A stretch of DNA of 64,000 nt from Octopus vulgaris (Eukaryota): NCBI GenBank assembly GCA_951406725.2, contig OX597821.1, positions 15,872,001 to 15,936,000 on the forward strand, in the 5' to 3' direction. Shown here in pieces: positions 1-15,630 of this stretch (within the stretch, counting starts at the first letter, position 1; every line of letters starts with the position of its first letter). Position numbers and translations under genes: made by a program. The notes beneath the pieces are model-generated. The model did not search any database. It worked only from the letters and a program-made list of their open reading frames with translations, and was not told where the DNA came from.

Positions 1-210
1 CAATGATAATAATGGTGTCTAACATAAGCCAGAGACCAGAGATCATGTGAGAAAAGAGTAGTTGATACTTTCCTCCTGACCAATTAACCGCTACCTCACT
101 TTATCAATCCCGGAGGGATAAAGGGGTAAATTGACCTCGGCTGCATTTGAAATTAGATGGTAAAGAGCCGTGAACGAGTTCCAGCGCTTTAACAATTCTG
201 TGAACTTGCC
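1..210 (-). mobile_element. Highly decayed SINE family B copy
   Basis: tttatcaatcccggagggataaaggggtaaattgacctcggctgcatttgaa is a degenerate match to the cleaner minus-strand copy at 33751-33981 (tttatcgaccccgaaaggatgaaaggcaaagtcgtcctcggcggaatttgaa). Confidence 0.55.
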
Positions 211-457
211 AATTTGCCAATATACTTGCGGATGGGTACCTCATATTTTGTACGTAAATTCCTCTCTACATAGATGCAACCTTTCCCACTCCGTTTTCTT
301 TTTTCTTTTTTTGACAACAGATATCACAGATATCAGTGTTTTCAATTGTATGGAAACATCACATATCAACATCTTCGGACGTTGGAAAATATTGTTGTAT
401 CTTGACGTCTCTGGTTGAGACTTGTGTAAAAACTAAAGCAAAACCATTACATATGAC

Positions 458-572
458 AATAATAATAATAATTAGAAGAAAAGAAGAAGAGGATGGAGAA
501 GAAAAAGAACAAGAAGAACAAGAAGAAGAACTACAACAACAACAACAACAACAATAATAATGATAATAATAA
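458..572. repeat. Compound trinucleotide microsatellite (AAT)n/(GAA)n/(CAA)n/(AAT)n
   Basis: Directly visible; source of the spurious poly-E/Q and poly-I/V/L ORFs. Confidence 0.9.
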
Positions 573-1714
573 TTTTTAGAATATATGAGAGATCATTTAA
601 TGAGGTGATACGAACAATCATCACCTTTGAATTGATTGTTAGGACGACTATAGGTACAGCGATCAGAAAATGTCTTCCACGCATGCTGCAATCAATGAAA
701 TGTGTTACAGGGAAATGTAACCTAACATAGCTTAATGTGTATTGAAATACACACACTGTTAATACTACCGTCTTGTCTATCATATGTTTTGGTTGAACAC
801 CAATGGGACGTCTACTGAATAGACATGAATCGCAGTCTCAGAGAGAGATAGAAATGCATGATAAGTTTTCCACTTGGGTTTTTTTTTTAAGATATAGGGT
901 AAATCCAATATATTCCTTCTTTATGAAAGTATGCAGGGTGCGATATGAATTATGTTTGGATTATATTTCTTGGACCGCAAGCTGCAATCACCTACCACCC
1001 TAGTTGAGAAGGCTGGTTATTGAAAACAAGAAAAAGAAAAGGGAGATCCATTCTTTCTCAAAATTAGCAACACTAGAATGTTATCCATCATGTTTCATGG
1101 AAACACATTCAGAGAGAGTAACATTTGTATGTAATGCAATCATGCTGGGATGCAAACATACATAAGCACATACGTACTTTTGTTAATGATTGTGTACGTG
1201 CGTTTCTCTCTCTTTCTCTCCCTCTCTCTATATATATATATATGTGTATGTATGTATGTATCATGTTATTCTAATAAAATCTACAGCATCAATGTTTTGG
1301 AGCAGTCAGACTAAATGTTATCTCGCAAATATATGTGTGGTTTATATATGTTATTTCTCAAGAATGTGCATTTATAAAAATCAATGAGAACTGCATTGTA
1401 CATTAAGATCACACTGGAGAGACTGAAAAGAACAGCAAGCAAAATTATTTTCATGTTGTGATGTATACTCTGTTGATAAAAAGCATGTTTTTACAGTATC
1501 ATTAAGTTGTTCTAAACACGACCCTAAAGATGTACAGAAATTTGCAAATAAACATCAAAATACGCACGATGTTAACTAATAGAAACACGTTGCTCCGATA
1601 AAAGAGATTACGACGTCTCTTTCTCCCTTTCTCTCTCCCTGTTGCTCACTCTCTCTACCTGTTTCTATTTCCACGTATATGCAACCACGCCACATACACA
1701 ACCATGCATAAAAT

Positions 1715-1759
<45 letters not shown>

Positions 1760-2371
1760 GGGTAGATGAATGGGTAGATAAATTGATGAGTTTAATGTAT
1801 GTAGGTACGCATACCCATGCATACAAGTGCATTCGTCTGAGATAATTGTTTTAAATATTCAAATGTGTACCCGTATTTAAGACACGACGATTCAGAGACA
1901 ATCTTTAGTACAATGCTATAACATATTAGCACCTGTAAAGGAGAACCGGATCGTGAAATTTTAACTGTGACACTGCTTATGGAGAAGCACTAAAAATGTG
2001 AACCAAATCTCACCATGTTCTTCAGGTAACATATGCGACTATAATTAATGCATTGCAGTGATTAGATGAAGATGATCTGAGATAGAAAATAAGAAACTTT
2101 AACGATCTATTGACGGAACTATCTAGTGTAGCGTGTAATTCTACAAAATAAATAAGAATATATAAGTAATAAACATATCGAGAATCTCAGCATGACCGCC
2201 CTGTATAGTTGTTTCAACTATAATGTTTATGTCCTCATGTGTTTAAAATAAATTACAATCAGGACTAATTATTACGGATATATGTCTCCTAAAATCTGAA
2301 ATAATTTTCCCTTTGAATCCTTATAAAAATGTTAAAACCAGAAGGTGTACTTGAAAATGTGTGCATGTATG

Positions 2372-2436
<65 letters not shown>

Positions 2437-3923
2437 TCAGTTTATACTTTACAATAATATCTAGATTCTGCCATATTAACCTTTATTTCGAGTTTCCTCT
2501 GTTTTCAGTTGCCTTTCGATTTGCCAAATTCGATCGTTTTGAGGTGCCGTATTTATTTCGAGAAACATACTTCAAAAACATTCAACATCTTTACTCGATT
2601 GTGACATAAATAAATACATTGCTATCTTCATTGCAGCTTCCTTACACCAGGCACCATGTATCTTAATGATTCTTCAAATAGCTATACATCTAACATTTAT
2701 CTCAATTATTGAATAAGTTCTTTGGAGAGATATGATTCCTTAAATCCACAGAGAAAATGGAACAGGAAGCTGTTATGCTTATGCATGTTCCATGTTAGTA
2801 AACATAAAAGAAATAGCTTGTATTGGAAATCGAAACCAATTTTCTAATTCGGATAGCTAAAAATCATGACCCCGGATGCTGGAGATTAACCAACTAAACA
2901 ATTATAACCATTTCCCGTATTATTATGAAACACATAAATGATGAGAAATATTTCACTGTAATTAATCGAATATAGGGATCAAACATAAACGGATACAAAT
3001 TGTAATCAAAACTGTTCAACGAATAACCCATAATCGAATAAGATGAAAAGAATGTAATATGAAATATTTAGCGGAATCGAAATATGAACTTATACGCATT
3101 AACCAACACTATATAGCAGTATCCGCCTTTTCAGAGACGACTATGTACTATAAATGCTATATTAGAATCATATTAGTTCTTGAAATTTTCACATAATCAG
3201 TGACTGGCTATATTTAATGTTCAAAAGACAGAATATAATCCTGCATTCACAATTAACACATATTCGGGACTTATTGAATGCATACAATTAATCGCATATG
3301 TATACATCGAAACTTCTCACTGTTGGTAGTCATTTGTAATCAACTGCCACTTTAAGTGAGTCCTATTCCCCAAACCAGCTTCGGGCGAAAGAATTTCAGT
3401 AAAATAACATACACTTCTTAAATTTATGTTAAATGAATTGTACGATTGGGAAGGTCATTGAAGCCTAACAAAAGATATGCACCAGATTCTAGAGTACTTT
3501 AAACTTATGTGGAATATTTTTCCGTGATAAAGCAAAAAACTGGTTAAAACTGTGTTTAACCGTGTTAAAGCATAAAAACTGAAAAATATAAAATAACGAG
3601 TATCGAACAGCATCAGACAATGCAACATTATCAGTACAACTGAACTAAGTGCTTTAAAGGAGAAAAGATATATTAATTTTGAACGAAAATAAAATATACA
3701 TCTGATAATATATTTTCTAATATCTATGTGGTTGATGGGTGTGATTGTGTTTGTAAGGAAATGTATTTAAGCAGAGCAAAATTTAATTAGTGTTAGTTAT
3801 AAAATAAGGAAATAGTATTTCCTATGATGACTTTGTGAAGTATAAATTTATTGAGTTACATATAGCAGCCTATTGGTTAGGAAATTAATAGCTAGATAGT
3901 TAAATTGATATGTCTTCGTTATT

Positions 3924-3926
<3 letters not shown>

Positions 3927-4002
<76 letters not shown>

Positions 4003-4004
4003 AG
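3927..4004. repeat. (GATA)n followed by (GA)n microsatellite
   Basis: Directly visible. Confidence 0.95.
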
Positions 4005-4119
4005 CAAGGTGTGAAATGTTAAAGATAATGACAGTTAATAAAGATAGGAAGAAAACTTGCGAAGCATTCAGGCATAAGACTTCACATTTATAGCTATATC
4101 GATAATTTAAATGCATATG

Positions 4120-4277
4120 TATACACACACACACGCACACACACACACGCACATACATACACACACACACGCACACACACACACGCACATACATACACAC
4201 ACACACGCACACACACACACACACACACGTGTGTGTTTGTGCATGTATGTATGTATGTATGTATGCATGTGTGTGTA
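4120..4277. repeat. CA-derived minisatellite (~36 bp unit, ~3 copies) abutting (GT)/(GTAT)n
   Basis: Repeated unit acacacacgcacacacacacacgcacatacatac; gives the periodic HTHTHAHTHTHI translation. Confidence 0.8.
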
Positions 4278-5234
4278 TAAAGCTTCTAGGAGAAACAAAA
4301 ATGTCCTCAATCGGAAACCAGTTGTATGCAAAATTAAAAAAGAGAGAAAAAACTATGTGTAAGATCTAATGTTGTCGCATGACCTGCTGAAGATAGCAGT
4401 AAAATCTAAAAGAAAATGCAAATTACGTTCTTAAAAATAAATGACACATTGTATAACAGTGTAAAAGTCATATTTGTTTGTCATGAATGGACGGCCTTTC
4501 GATCAAATGTATTTCCAGCGTATACAGACACACACACCGCACATATCTGTGTAAGTGCTTTGAAAAGGAGGGCAAGAAATTTTATGAAAGGAGAAGAAAA
4601 CAACAATGCAAATAAGAAGAGGAAATGAGACAAAACAACAAGACAAATAAAAGAGAAGACTAAGTAGAAAAAGTATGATAAGGTAGACAACAAAGATAAT
4701 ATAGAAAGGAAAATGAGCGCAGTGTTAATTTCTTATTTTGATGGCTGGAAAGATTCAGATAATGCAGAAAAGTTATATAAATGATTGGCAGATATCAAAT
4801 AATCTGTATAATACGATAAATAGAGATGGAACTAAACAGCCAGAGAAACAAACATATAGACGTTCACTAATATAGATAAATGGTCGAGTAGATATTTAGG
4901 TATTAAGTGTGCAATGAACCAATAAACTAGTTATATAAAATGTTATGTACTTCTTCCATATTAGTGGTAGATACACAATCAGGAATGTAAACAACCAGGT
5001 TCGATTGAGTGAATGGGTGTGCGAACTTGCGTATGTGAGTGTGTGTTTGTGTAAGGAGAGAGTGTCGGGCAGACTAAGAAACAGATAGGTGGATAGAAAA
5101 TCACAAAGATAAAGATATAGGTAGGTAGATAGATAGATAGTTAGACAGAGAGATCGACAAACAATCAAAGTGGTAGATAAGTTGACTGACTGATATATAA
5201 ACAAACAAACAGACGGACAGATAGGCAAACAGCT

Positions 5235-5433
5235 AGGTAGGTAGGTAGCTATATATATATATATATATATAGAGAGAGATAGAGAGAGAGAGAGAGATAG
5301 AGAGAGAGAGATCCATACATCTTAACATACTAGCGCACTTATACATACAATTATGCATACATACATACATATATATCTGTACATTTGTATGTAAGCTAAT
5401 ATATCTATCTATCTATCTATATACGTATATGTA

Positions 5434-5529
<96 letters not shown>

Positions 5530-5530
5530 A

Positions 5531-5563
<33 letters not shown>

Positions 5564-6023
5564 AATATATATATATATATATATATTCTTATAGGCACAC
5601 AGATGTATATTTATTTATATATATATTTATATTTCCTTAGATACAAAGATACTGATAGCACATACAAAGAGGCACACACATATATACATGCAAACGCATA
5701 TTCACTTAACTATCCGCCCCCCCTCACTCCGTTACCGTTTTTCGTTGAATTAATGATGTGGTGATCAACAACATATATGGAAATGCATACAGAAATACTT
5801 GCAGTCAAAGACACGCATGCACGCACACACATACACACACACACACTACGGATGCGCGCACATACAGAGCTGTGCACACGATGCATATACATTAGTTGGA
5901 TAGCACTGGTATCCAACTAATATTGCAATATTAAATAGTTTTATATTCACCAACACTTCATACAATACTAGCGTGTCACTTATACATACATACACACACA
6001 TATATATATATATATATGTTTAT

Positions 6024-6112
<89 letters not shown>
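5235..6112. repeat. Cluster of (TA)n, (GA)n and (GT)n compound microsatellites
   Basis: Runs at ~5250-5312, 5405-5630 and 5980-6112. Confidence 0.9.
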
Positions 6113-6115
<3 letters not shown>

Positions 6116-7349
6116 AGATATGGAAAAGAAGAGCAATGGTAACTTTTTGCAATTCTTTAGCTGAATGTCATTCATATCAATTAGAAGTATACAGGTCCCC
6201 ACTTAATAAAGGATTAAGTATGATCGTGTTGTTGCTATTGTTTATCCCCGGCTGGGCCAAATCTGACAGAACAGACCTCTGATCACATTTCTTCTAAGCG
6301 TGCCATCTCATCCCTTTACTTTTTATTTAGGATTATATTGTTTGATATATCCCTGTCTTCTTTAATACAGCAGTAACTATTCAGGGTTGTTTGGCAGCTC
6401 TTTCTAGAAGGTCCAACAACTGACTAAGAGCTCCCTCGTCTATTCAAATTAGTGTGCATTTTTACAGTGTGATTATATGCCTGTGTCTGCGTCCTTATGT
6501 ATACGTTTGTTTGCGTGCATATATCTGTGTGAGCATGCGTGTACGTCTATATCTCTATGTATATGTGTTCTGAAGGAAGAATATTAAGAAAGCCTCACCC
6601 AAAATAACACACACACAATTGACAAAAGAAACTAATTACACTCACCTATCATTCACAGGGAGCATCATCTTGAAAGGTTTAAGTTGTTATTGTTGTTAAA
6701 TAAGAAGATACGCGCAACAGTTGTTTGTTGGTTAGGGGCAAATGTTTAGTAACCAGCTCATGGGTGTATAGATGTTTTTGTTGTGGAAGATGATGTTCGT
6801 GTTGATGATGTTGCTGTAGTTTTTACTGCAACCGATGATGTTGATGTTTCTGTTGTTGTCCCTACTACTGCTACTATTACTGCATGTTGAATAACTCATA
6901 ATTATCTTTCATAATCTTACTTTTTATTTCGATATCTATGCTTAAAACATAACTTGAAACGAATTGTTATTTTCTCAAATGAACATATACTTAATCTTCA
7001 CTTGAAGAAGATTTATATTTATTACTCTATATATTTCTCTATGTGTAGCTGGAGATTTGATTTGAGGATATATGATGCGGATATTTTTTTTAGTTCATGT
7101 ATATGTATGTATATGTATATATTACAATACTTAACTATCTAAAGGAATGTTCCTCTGGTAGAATGAAAATGAATGACTGTATAACATAGTAGATCAATGC
7201 CTATCGATATAGATATATGCAAATATTATAGATGGATAGATTCGATATAGATTATATAAACCTGGTGAACATACGCACACACATTCACGCAGTGACACAC
7301 ACACACATTTGTTGATGTATGTATATGTATATATGTGTACGCATGTGGC

Positions 7350-7441
<92 letters not shown>
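7350..7441. repeat. (GATA)n microsatellite
   Basis: Perfect run of ~23 units. Confidence 0.95.
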
Positions 7442-7442
<1 letters not shown>

Positions 7443-8924
7443 ATTGGGCTTAGTGTAACGAATTAATGTATTCGGTACTTTAACGGCTATATTAAGTTTT
7501 GGTAGAAATAACTAATTATATAGAAAATTATATATGAACAGTTATAACATCCGTGATTAATAGTGAAAACTTAATGGTGATAACAAAAATTGTAAAAATC
7601 AAATCAATAATGTTTCTAGGAATAACAAAAAAAGCAAATAGAAATAATCAAGCAACGATATTTGGAAAGGTTACGGTTTGGATTCTGTTTTATGAAAAGA
7701 TTGGTTGTCGTCATGAGATTTATACCTGCCTGTATCATTTACACACGTGAACACTGTCAACATTATGCATCCTGTAGACTCACACACACATACTCTTTCA
7801 AACGCCAAATTCATTCATACTTTCTCAAACGTGTATCCGCATATGTATGTGTATATAAATATCCATTCCTTGTTATACGTATATGCACACATGTAGAGAT
7901 AAGAGTAATTGGAGAAAACAGAAAACTATAAATGATATATTCATTAATAAATTAGTATAGCTCATATCTATGTGTTGCTTGTGATTGTGTCGTTTCTTTG
8001 AACACGTGTTAATGAATGACAAGATTGAAACAGGGCACGTAGGAAAGAAAGCACGTGTGTAAATGGACATCGTGGGACGTTAAAGGAGGAATTAGGAGTC
8101 CGTTTAAGGATTGAAGAAGAAAAACTAAAATCAACTTAAGAGAATAAAAGAAAATGCAAACAAATAAACAACTCAAACAAATTAGATTATGAAATTTAAT
8201 TACAAACAAAGAGTGGTACAAAAAATAAAATTAACTTTCGGTTTGAACAACAATATTGACCTTTCTGTTGAATATAAAATGGAGATAAATAATAAAGTTT
8301 TGGTGTGTATATTTGCAATTATTTTTATTTTTATTTTTATTTTTATTATTATTATTATTATTATTATTAATAATATTTTATTAATATATATATAGTGATA
8401 ATATAGTTAAATCTATGTAATTGAAGATGAATGTACAGTTATTGATTCATTCATACTATCCAAAAGACACACTACAGCATTTGTATACATCTGCCTGTTA
8501 TATACATGTATATATCCGTTGATAAAAAAATTACGTTTTGTTCCATATATATATCTCCAAATACATAAATATATTTACAACTACATCTGCGGGTATATAT
8601 TTATGTGCAGGCATTTAAATTGTGTTCATTAAAAATTTGTTGAGAACTTCGATTAACGATTCTGTTTAAAATCGATACAGGTGTGTGTGTATATGTCTGT
8701 GTATAACAGATTGTGTGCTTGTGCTCAAATAATATGAATGAAATTATAAACAGAATAGTGTGAGTGTGTACTTATTTAAATCTGTCAACATGCGTGTGCC
8801 TGTGTGTAGTAATAGAAGACATCGAGTTTTGACAGATATCTAACAAATATTTTCATTTTTGAAAAATGGAATATAAAATCAATAACGAGAAAAATTAAGA
8901 TATATTGTGTTATCTATGTAATTA

Positions 8925-9080
<156 letters not shown>

Positions 9081-9516
9081 GTTAATACTGTATGTATGGG
9101 ACATACAAATGTATTCATACAAAAATATGGATCTCTAAATAGATGATTTAACGAGAAATTGTAGATATATGTATTGTAGCTAATTAAGGTCAAAATAAGA
9201 GTAGCAGTAATAGAGGTAACAACAATAAAAACATTTATATGTAGTGTTTGTATATGTAAATATAAATATATAGTTATATATATTTATATATATGGCCCTT
9301 GTCTGTGTGCGCGTGTATATGTATATATATATCCATAAGAAGTTGTTGACATGTAGTCGATGATCAGAAGCGTCCTCTCATCTGTATAGGTCCCAGTAGA
9401 AAAACTGTTTGCAGCAGTAAAATGCATAGGGAACACCTAGAGACTGCAGGCAGCTTCCAGATTCCATAACAAGATATTTACTGTATTGTGTACAATATAT
9501 GAAAATACCTATATAG

Positions 9517-9581
<65 letters not shown>

Positions 9582-9629
9582 ATGTGTATATGTATGAAAA
9601 TATGTGTGTATATATATTTGTGTGTGTGT

Positions 9630-10032
9630 GTGTCTCCGCACCAACAACGGCAGCAACGGATTCCTTAAGGGAAACAAGAGGTTAATGTCTCCGACCGGTT
9701 CATTTCATGATAGTAATACTGTAAGTATCCTCTCGACACTCAGAGTAGAGCTGAACGAACAAGCAATGCAACAGTCGACATACGCAGTCGACTGATAGCA
9801 GTGTACAGCGTCGCACCTCGTTCAACGGTTTAGCTCTGACTTACTCTATTAGTATTATTATTATTACTATTACTGTTATTATTATTATTAACATTACTAT
9901 TATTATTATTATTATTATTCATAGTATTACTATTATTACATGTATGCATATTAATATTACAATAGTGCTCTTGTTTTTAATGTATTAATTTATGGCTTAT
10001 ATTTCTATAGTTACTTTTATTTTTTCATATGA

Positions 10033-10065
<33 letters not shown>

Positions 10066-10589
10066 TGTATATTTACCGTTGATATTTCCTCTTAATTTGT
10101 GTGTTACTATCGGGCAACAAGAAAAAGATATTTTGGATTAAAAAAGAGCAAAATATAAACAAGGAAAAATATATAAATTGAAGCAGACTAAAACAAGAAA
10201 ATAGCAAATTTAAAAAGTAGAAGATATATATAAACAAAACAACAAAAATATTACTAGTATAAAAGAGAGCACTACAAGAGTGGGAGTAGGAGAGGGAGGG
10301 GAGAAAAAGAGTAGAAATGAAGGATGATGGAGAGAAAGAAGAAAGGAATGTAACAAGGGGTGGAAGGATGAGGCAAACAGCAGCTGCAGTGCTGATGGTT
10401 TTAGTGTTAGTGAAGTAAAAGAGTTAGAGAGTAGCATCCAGGAAGATTGTCCCTACTGCTGCAGTGATGCAGTAGTAATATGTTGTGTGTGGCGGTGGCG
10501 GCGGTCACGGTGTTGATGGAGGCTGTGGGTCACGGCATGGCCTGGGATTTTCGTTCATGTCTTACAATAACAACGTCCATCATGTATGG
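9630..10589 (+). other. Candidate promoter / 5'UTR / first coding exon of an unidentified host gene
   Basis: CpG-containing non-repeat island at 9630-9850, then a low-complexity UTR-like tract, then ATG at 10480 reading MLCVAVAAVTVLMEAVGHGMAWDFRSCLTITTSI up to a possible GTATGG donor at 10584. A second GTAAGT donor-like site is at 9721. No homology recognised. Confidence 0.2.
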
Positions 10590-10789
10590 GTTTGCGCGTG
10601 CGATGGGTGTGTAACTGTTATATATATATGTGTGAGCATTTGTGTTTGTGTATTTATATATCTATATATCTATCTTTCTATCTATCTATCTGTATATATA
10701 GATATATAAAAAAGATATATATACACTCACACACATACACATGTATGTATATATATATGTTGTATGTATGTATATATGTATGCATGTAT

Positions 10790-11125
<336 letters not shown>

Positions 11126-11394
11126 TCAACATATAATTTAGCGACATTTATTCTGCATTTATGAAAAAGGTGCACGTACATAAACACGCACACATTCACA
11201 TATAGTTTGATAGATATATAGACAAACAGTTATTGAAGTGGCAAAGCAGGTGAGCGTAACACAGATAGTGACAAGGAAGGAAATTAAGTGGTAATAGTGG
11301 ATAGATGTAGGTTCGAATAAGTTGTGTATTAACTGAAATAGCAAACATTTAGAGTGTGCATGTGTGGGTGTGAGTGTGGCTGCGGTAATCAATG

Positions 11395-11525
11395 TGTGTA
11401 TATACACACAGAGACACACACACACATACATATATATGTATATATACGGGGCTGGAGGGGAGTGACCTTATATATACACATATATGTACATGCCTTTGTA
11501 TGTATGTATGTATGTATATATATAT

Positions 11526-11572
<47 letters not shown>

Positions 11573-11601
11573 CACACACATATATATATATATATACATA
11601 C

Positions 11602-11634
<33 letters not shown>

Positions 11635-12135
11635 CATACATACATATATACATACATATATATTTACATTTACATATTTTTTACACACACACACATACAT
11701 ACATATATATATATATACCCATGGTTATTTATGCGCATGTGTATATACACGCGTGTATGTATGTGTGCATCCATATATACAAACACATTTCCTTACATAC
11801 ACACACCGATGTATAACCATGCTGACTGACAGCTTATTGAACTAATCAATTTGAACAATGCATTATATCAATGCCAGTCATTACAACTATTGTAATAAAT
11901 TTCATTCCCCTATCACTATTGAATCTATCATTTACAAATGCCACTATCATACTTTTAAACTTTAAAATAGCATATTAATATCAACTTATATATGGGTGTA
12001 TATATTTATATATATACATATATGTACACACGTACATATATTTAAACACATATATATGAACACATATATATATATATACATATATTTACGCATATATATC
12101 TAATATTCATATATATATCCATATAGATATATGTG
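11395..12135. repeat. (TA)/(CA)/(TACA)-derived low-complexity arrays
   Basis: Runs at ~11395-11790 and 11990-12135. Confidence 0.85.
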
Positions 12136-12461
12136 TGCCTGTGTTTGTATATGGTATCACTTGTAAATGATGACTATTTTCATTGCAATGCCCAAATATA
12201 TTTTCCTTAGAAATGTTCCCATCCTCACATCTCACTCTCTCACTCACTAATTCAGTCACTCAGTCACTCATTCACACACACACACACACACTCATACACA
12301 CACACAGAGATACACACACACACACAGACTCTCTCTCTCTCTCTTTCTCTCTCCCTCTCTCCTGTGATGTTTAGTGATAGAATGCGTGATGTAGTAAACT
12401 ATTTAATGATGCGTACTGAAAATTATCCCGTTTCTAATGACGAACGCTATCAACTTGTGAG

Positions 12462-12748
12462 TGCCTTGTGAGTGGATTTGGTAGACGGAAACTGAAAGAA
12501 GCCTGTCGTATATATATATGTGTATGTGTGCGTGTTTGTATGTCTGTGTTTGTCCCCCTAGCATTACTTGACAACCGATACTGGTGTGTTTACGTCCCCG
12601 TCACTTAGCGATTCGGCAAAAGAGACCGATAGAATAAGTACTGGGCTTACAAAGAATAAGTTCCGGGGTCGATTTGCTCGACTAAAGGCGGTGCTCCAGC
12701 ATGGCCGTAGTCAAATGACTGAAATAAGTAAAAGAATAAAAGAATAAA
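12462..12748 (+). mobile_element. SINE family A, 5'-truncated copy
   Basis: Near-identical to the 3' two-thirds of 58565-58966 (gccttgtgagtggatttggtagacggaaactgaaagaagcctgtcg ... ggcggtgctccagcatggccg), with taaaagaa tail repeats. Confidence 0.9.
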
Positions 12749-13609
12749 AAAACTTTAAATAATGTACATTAGAAAAACTTGCAACAATTTGATGTTTAAT
12801 AGATCGGTGACATTTCACTGAATCACATTACTTTATCAAGCATAGTCTATGGTAGCTGCTCAGAGAATTATGGGGATGGTTTCTTAATCAAAGCTGACGA
12901 GAGTGTGTTATCAGAACTACTTTTTAAGAAGTTTAACGCATATAGCTGCTTCATGAAATTAATGCAGTAATCTGCATGATCACATATTTGGTGTGTTAAG
13001 TAAAGCAATTGTTATTAAATAAGATTGCATGTTCAGGATTTAAATCATAAATATCAAAATGACGACTTGGAAAGGAGATTGAGAACAAATGCTAATTAAT
13101 ATACTGTGTATCTCTATATTAAATTTTGCTCAGAAGTCCTTAAATGTCATAGTCTTATAATCAGTCAGGATAATTTTTCGTTATATTAACCATGATGTGT
13201 TGTTTAGCCAACGACATATTCTATCTGTCTAAGAACAACGTAGACGTTTAATTAACACAAAAAAAATGTGATACAAGGAAGAGAATGTCATTTTACATTT
13301 CACAAGAGTATATCAACGAGGTTTACTACTGTTAAAACAGCGATGTTGCTTATCAGTGTTCAGCTGAAGTGCAACATTGGTCGTCTTTTGTAACTACAGT
13401 GGCATCGTATTGACTCAAAATTCTTTTCAAAATGTTAGTTTGTAGCTGCTGATATTTTCCTGATACTTGTAATAGATTCTGCAATCAGACTTGTATGTGT
13501 GTACATATTCGTATGTATTTGTATTTTCGAAAGGCCCAACATCCATGAGAAAACTGTCCATGGACATGAAAGTTGACTAAATACCATCAGAACGGTTGTA
13601 CACACTAAC

Positions 13610-14396
13610 TTATAGTTGTGGGCCATATGTGAGGATTCTGAGACACATATTGCCCCTTGTAATGAAGTCCAGATGTCATGAAAAGGCCAAAAAAGTATTG
13701 CGATACCTGAAGCACGACGGACAAACCATAAAAATGATTTTAGATAAAAAAATCTTTACCGTTGATGCTGTTTTAAACCATCGCAATGATCAATACATTG
13801 ATGAAGTAAAAGGAGTCGTTAGGACCTAGCACCCAGCTCATGTCATGGTACTTGCAGTCGTGGCATCTGACGGAAAGAAGATGCATCTCCAGTTTTTCAA
13901 GTCTGGGGAAAAGTTAGGTTCTGAACTTTATTATAAAGTCCTGCAGTACGAGGATTTGCCTCATAACTACCGCAACGGTAATTTTGTGTGGAACTAATAT
14001 GGTGGTCCAGCTCATGCGGTAAAGAAAGTGCAGAAAATCTGCGAAGACAGCTTCAACTTTTGGCTTGCCAAATTCTGGCCATCTTCCAGCTAAGACTTGA
14101 TCCCCCTGGACTATGCTGTATGGGGCAAACTGGGACAGTCTACCAACAGAATTTTACATTCACGTGTTGATCACCTTAAGCAAGTCCTAAGGGAAGAGTG
14201 GGACACCATGTCTGAGTACTTTAACATGAAGAGTTGTCACACCTTCAGATGGTGTGTAAAGGTGGAAATATTGAATAAATTGTCTCTTTATACTCCTATA
14301 AAATTGTGTTAAAATTACATTGATGTCAGGTTGCTGGTTGTAAAATAAAAAATTTAGTGAATTATCTAATACTTTCCAATATTTGGTTCCACACTA
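13610..14396 (+). mobile_element. Decayed Tc1/mariner-superfamily DNA transposon (maT/DD37D-like transposase pseudogene fragment)
   Basis: Fragments KIFTVDAVLNHRND, HPAHVMVLAVVASDGKKM, GGPAHAVKKVQKICED...FWPSSS*DLIPLDYAVWG (WPxxSPDLNPLDY motif). 36 residues separate the decayed second and the third catalytic position in this copy. Several stops; TIR-like end ttccaatatttggttccacac at ~14374-14394. Confidence 0.8.
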
Positions 14397-14889
14397 CACA
14401 CACACACACATTCGAGAATATTGTATAAGGGGAAAGTAGAGCACAAGTTAAACATTACAAGCCAATTTTCTCGACCCAATTCGGGATAAAAGTTATGAGA
14501 CAAATTACTAGAGGGAAAAGAATCATGTTTTTTAAGAAAAAAAAATGACTTGCTAACTAACAACGAACATAATTATCCATCACGAAGAAACTGACTGTTT
14601 CAGCTTCTACGAAACTATAACAAGGTGTCAAAGCAGTTGCTTAATCATACAAATATGACTAATATATTTCGATGTTATGAAAGCCTTCTACAAATTCGAT
14701 GATATGATATGACGGAAACTATACTTCATTGTCATAAGCATAAATCGGGGAACATCTACATTCTATTTTAAATGACAGAAACCATGAACTATAACCACCT
14801 CCAATACTTAATTCTCCACAGAACTGCATCCCAGCATTCGTTAATACGGCATCAGTCCTGCTAATTATTTATCAGATCTACTATATTCA

Positions 14890-15025
14890 CATATACTATA
14901 TGTATATTTATATTTTATACACAAACACATATATACATATGTTTTATATCTGTATATATATATATATATATACATATGTTATATATATATATATACATAT
15001 GTTATATATACATATATTACATATA

Positions 15026-15057
<32 letters not shown>

Positions 15058-15323
15058 CATATGATATATATATATATATATATACATTAAATATGTTATA
15101 TATATATATATATATACATATGTTATATATATACATATGTTATATATATACATATGTTATATATATATACATGTTATATATATACATATGTAATATATAT
15201 ATATACATAAGTTATATATATAGATACATATGTTATATATATATAAATATATATACATGTTATATATATATACATATGTTATATATATATATATATATAT
15301 GTTATATATATATATATATATGT

Positions 15324-15357
<34 letters not shown>

Positions 15358-15594
15358 CATATATGTATATATATATACATATGTTTTATATATATATATA
15401 CATGTTATATATATACATATGTTATATATATACATATGTTATATATATATATATACATGTTATATATATACATATGTTATATATATACATATGTTTTATA
15501 TATCTATATACATATGTTATATATATATAGGTTATATATATATATATACATGTTATATATATATATACATATGTTATATATATATACATATATG

Positions 15595-15630
<36 letters not shown>

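Noticed and set aside
6225-6440. Possible decayed interspersed repeat (with a related word at ~4375-4410)
   Set aside because: Looks repeat-like but has no clean second copy in the window to support a call.
9378-9467. Minus-strand short ORF MESGSCLQSLGVPYAFYCCKQFFYWDLYR
   Set aside because: Short, no recognisable family, no supporting splice context.
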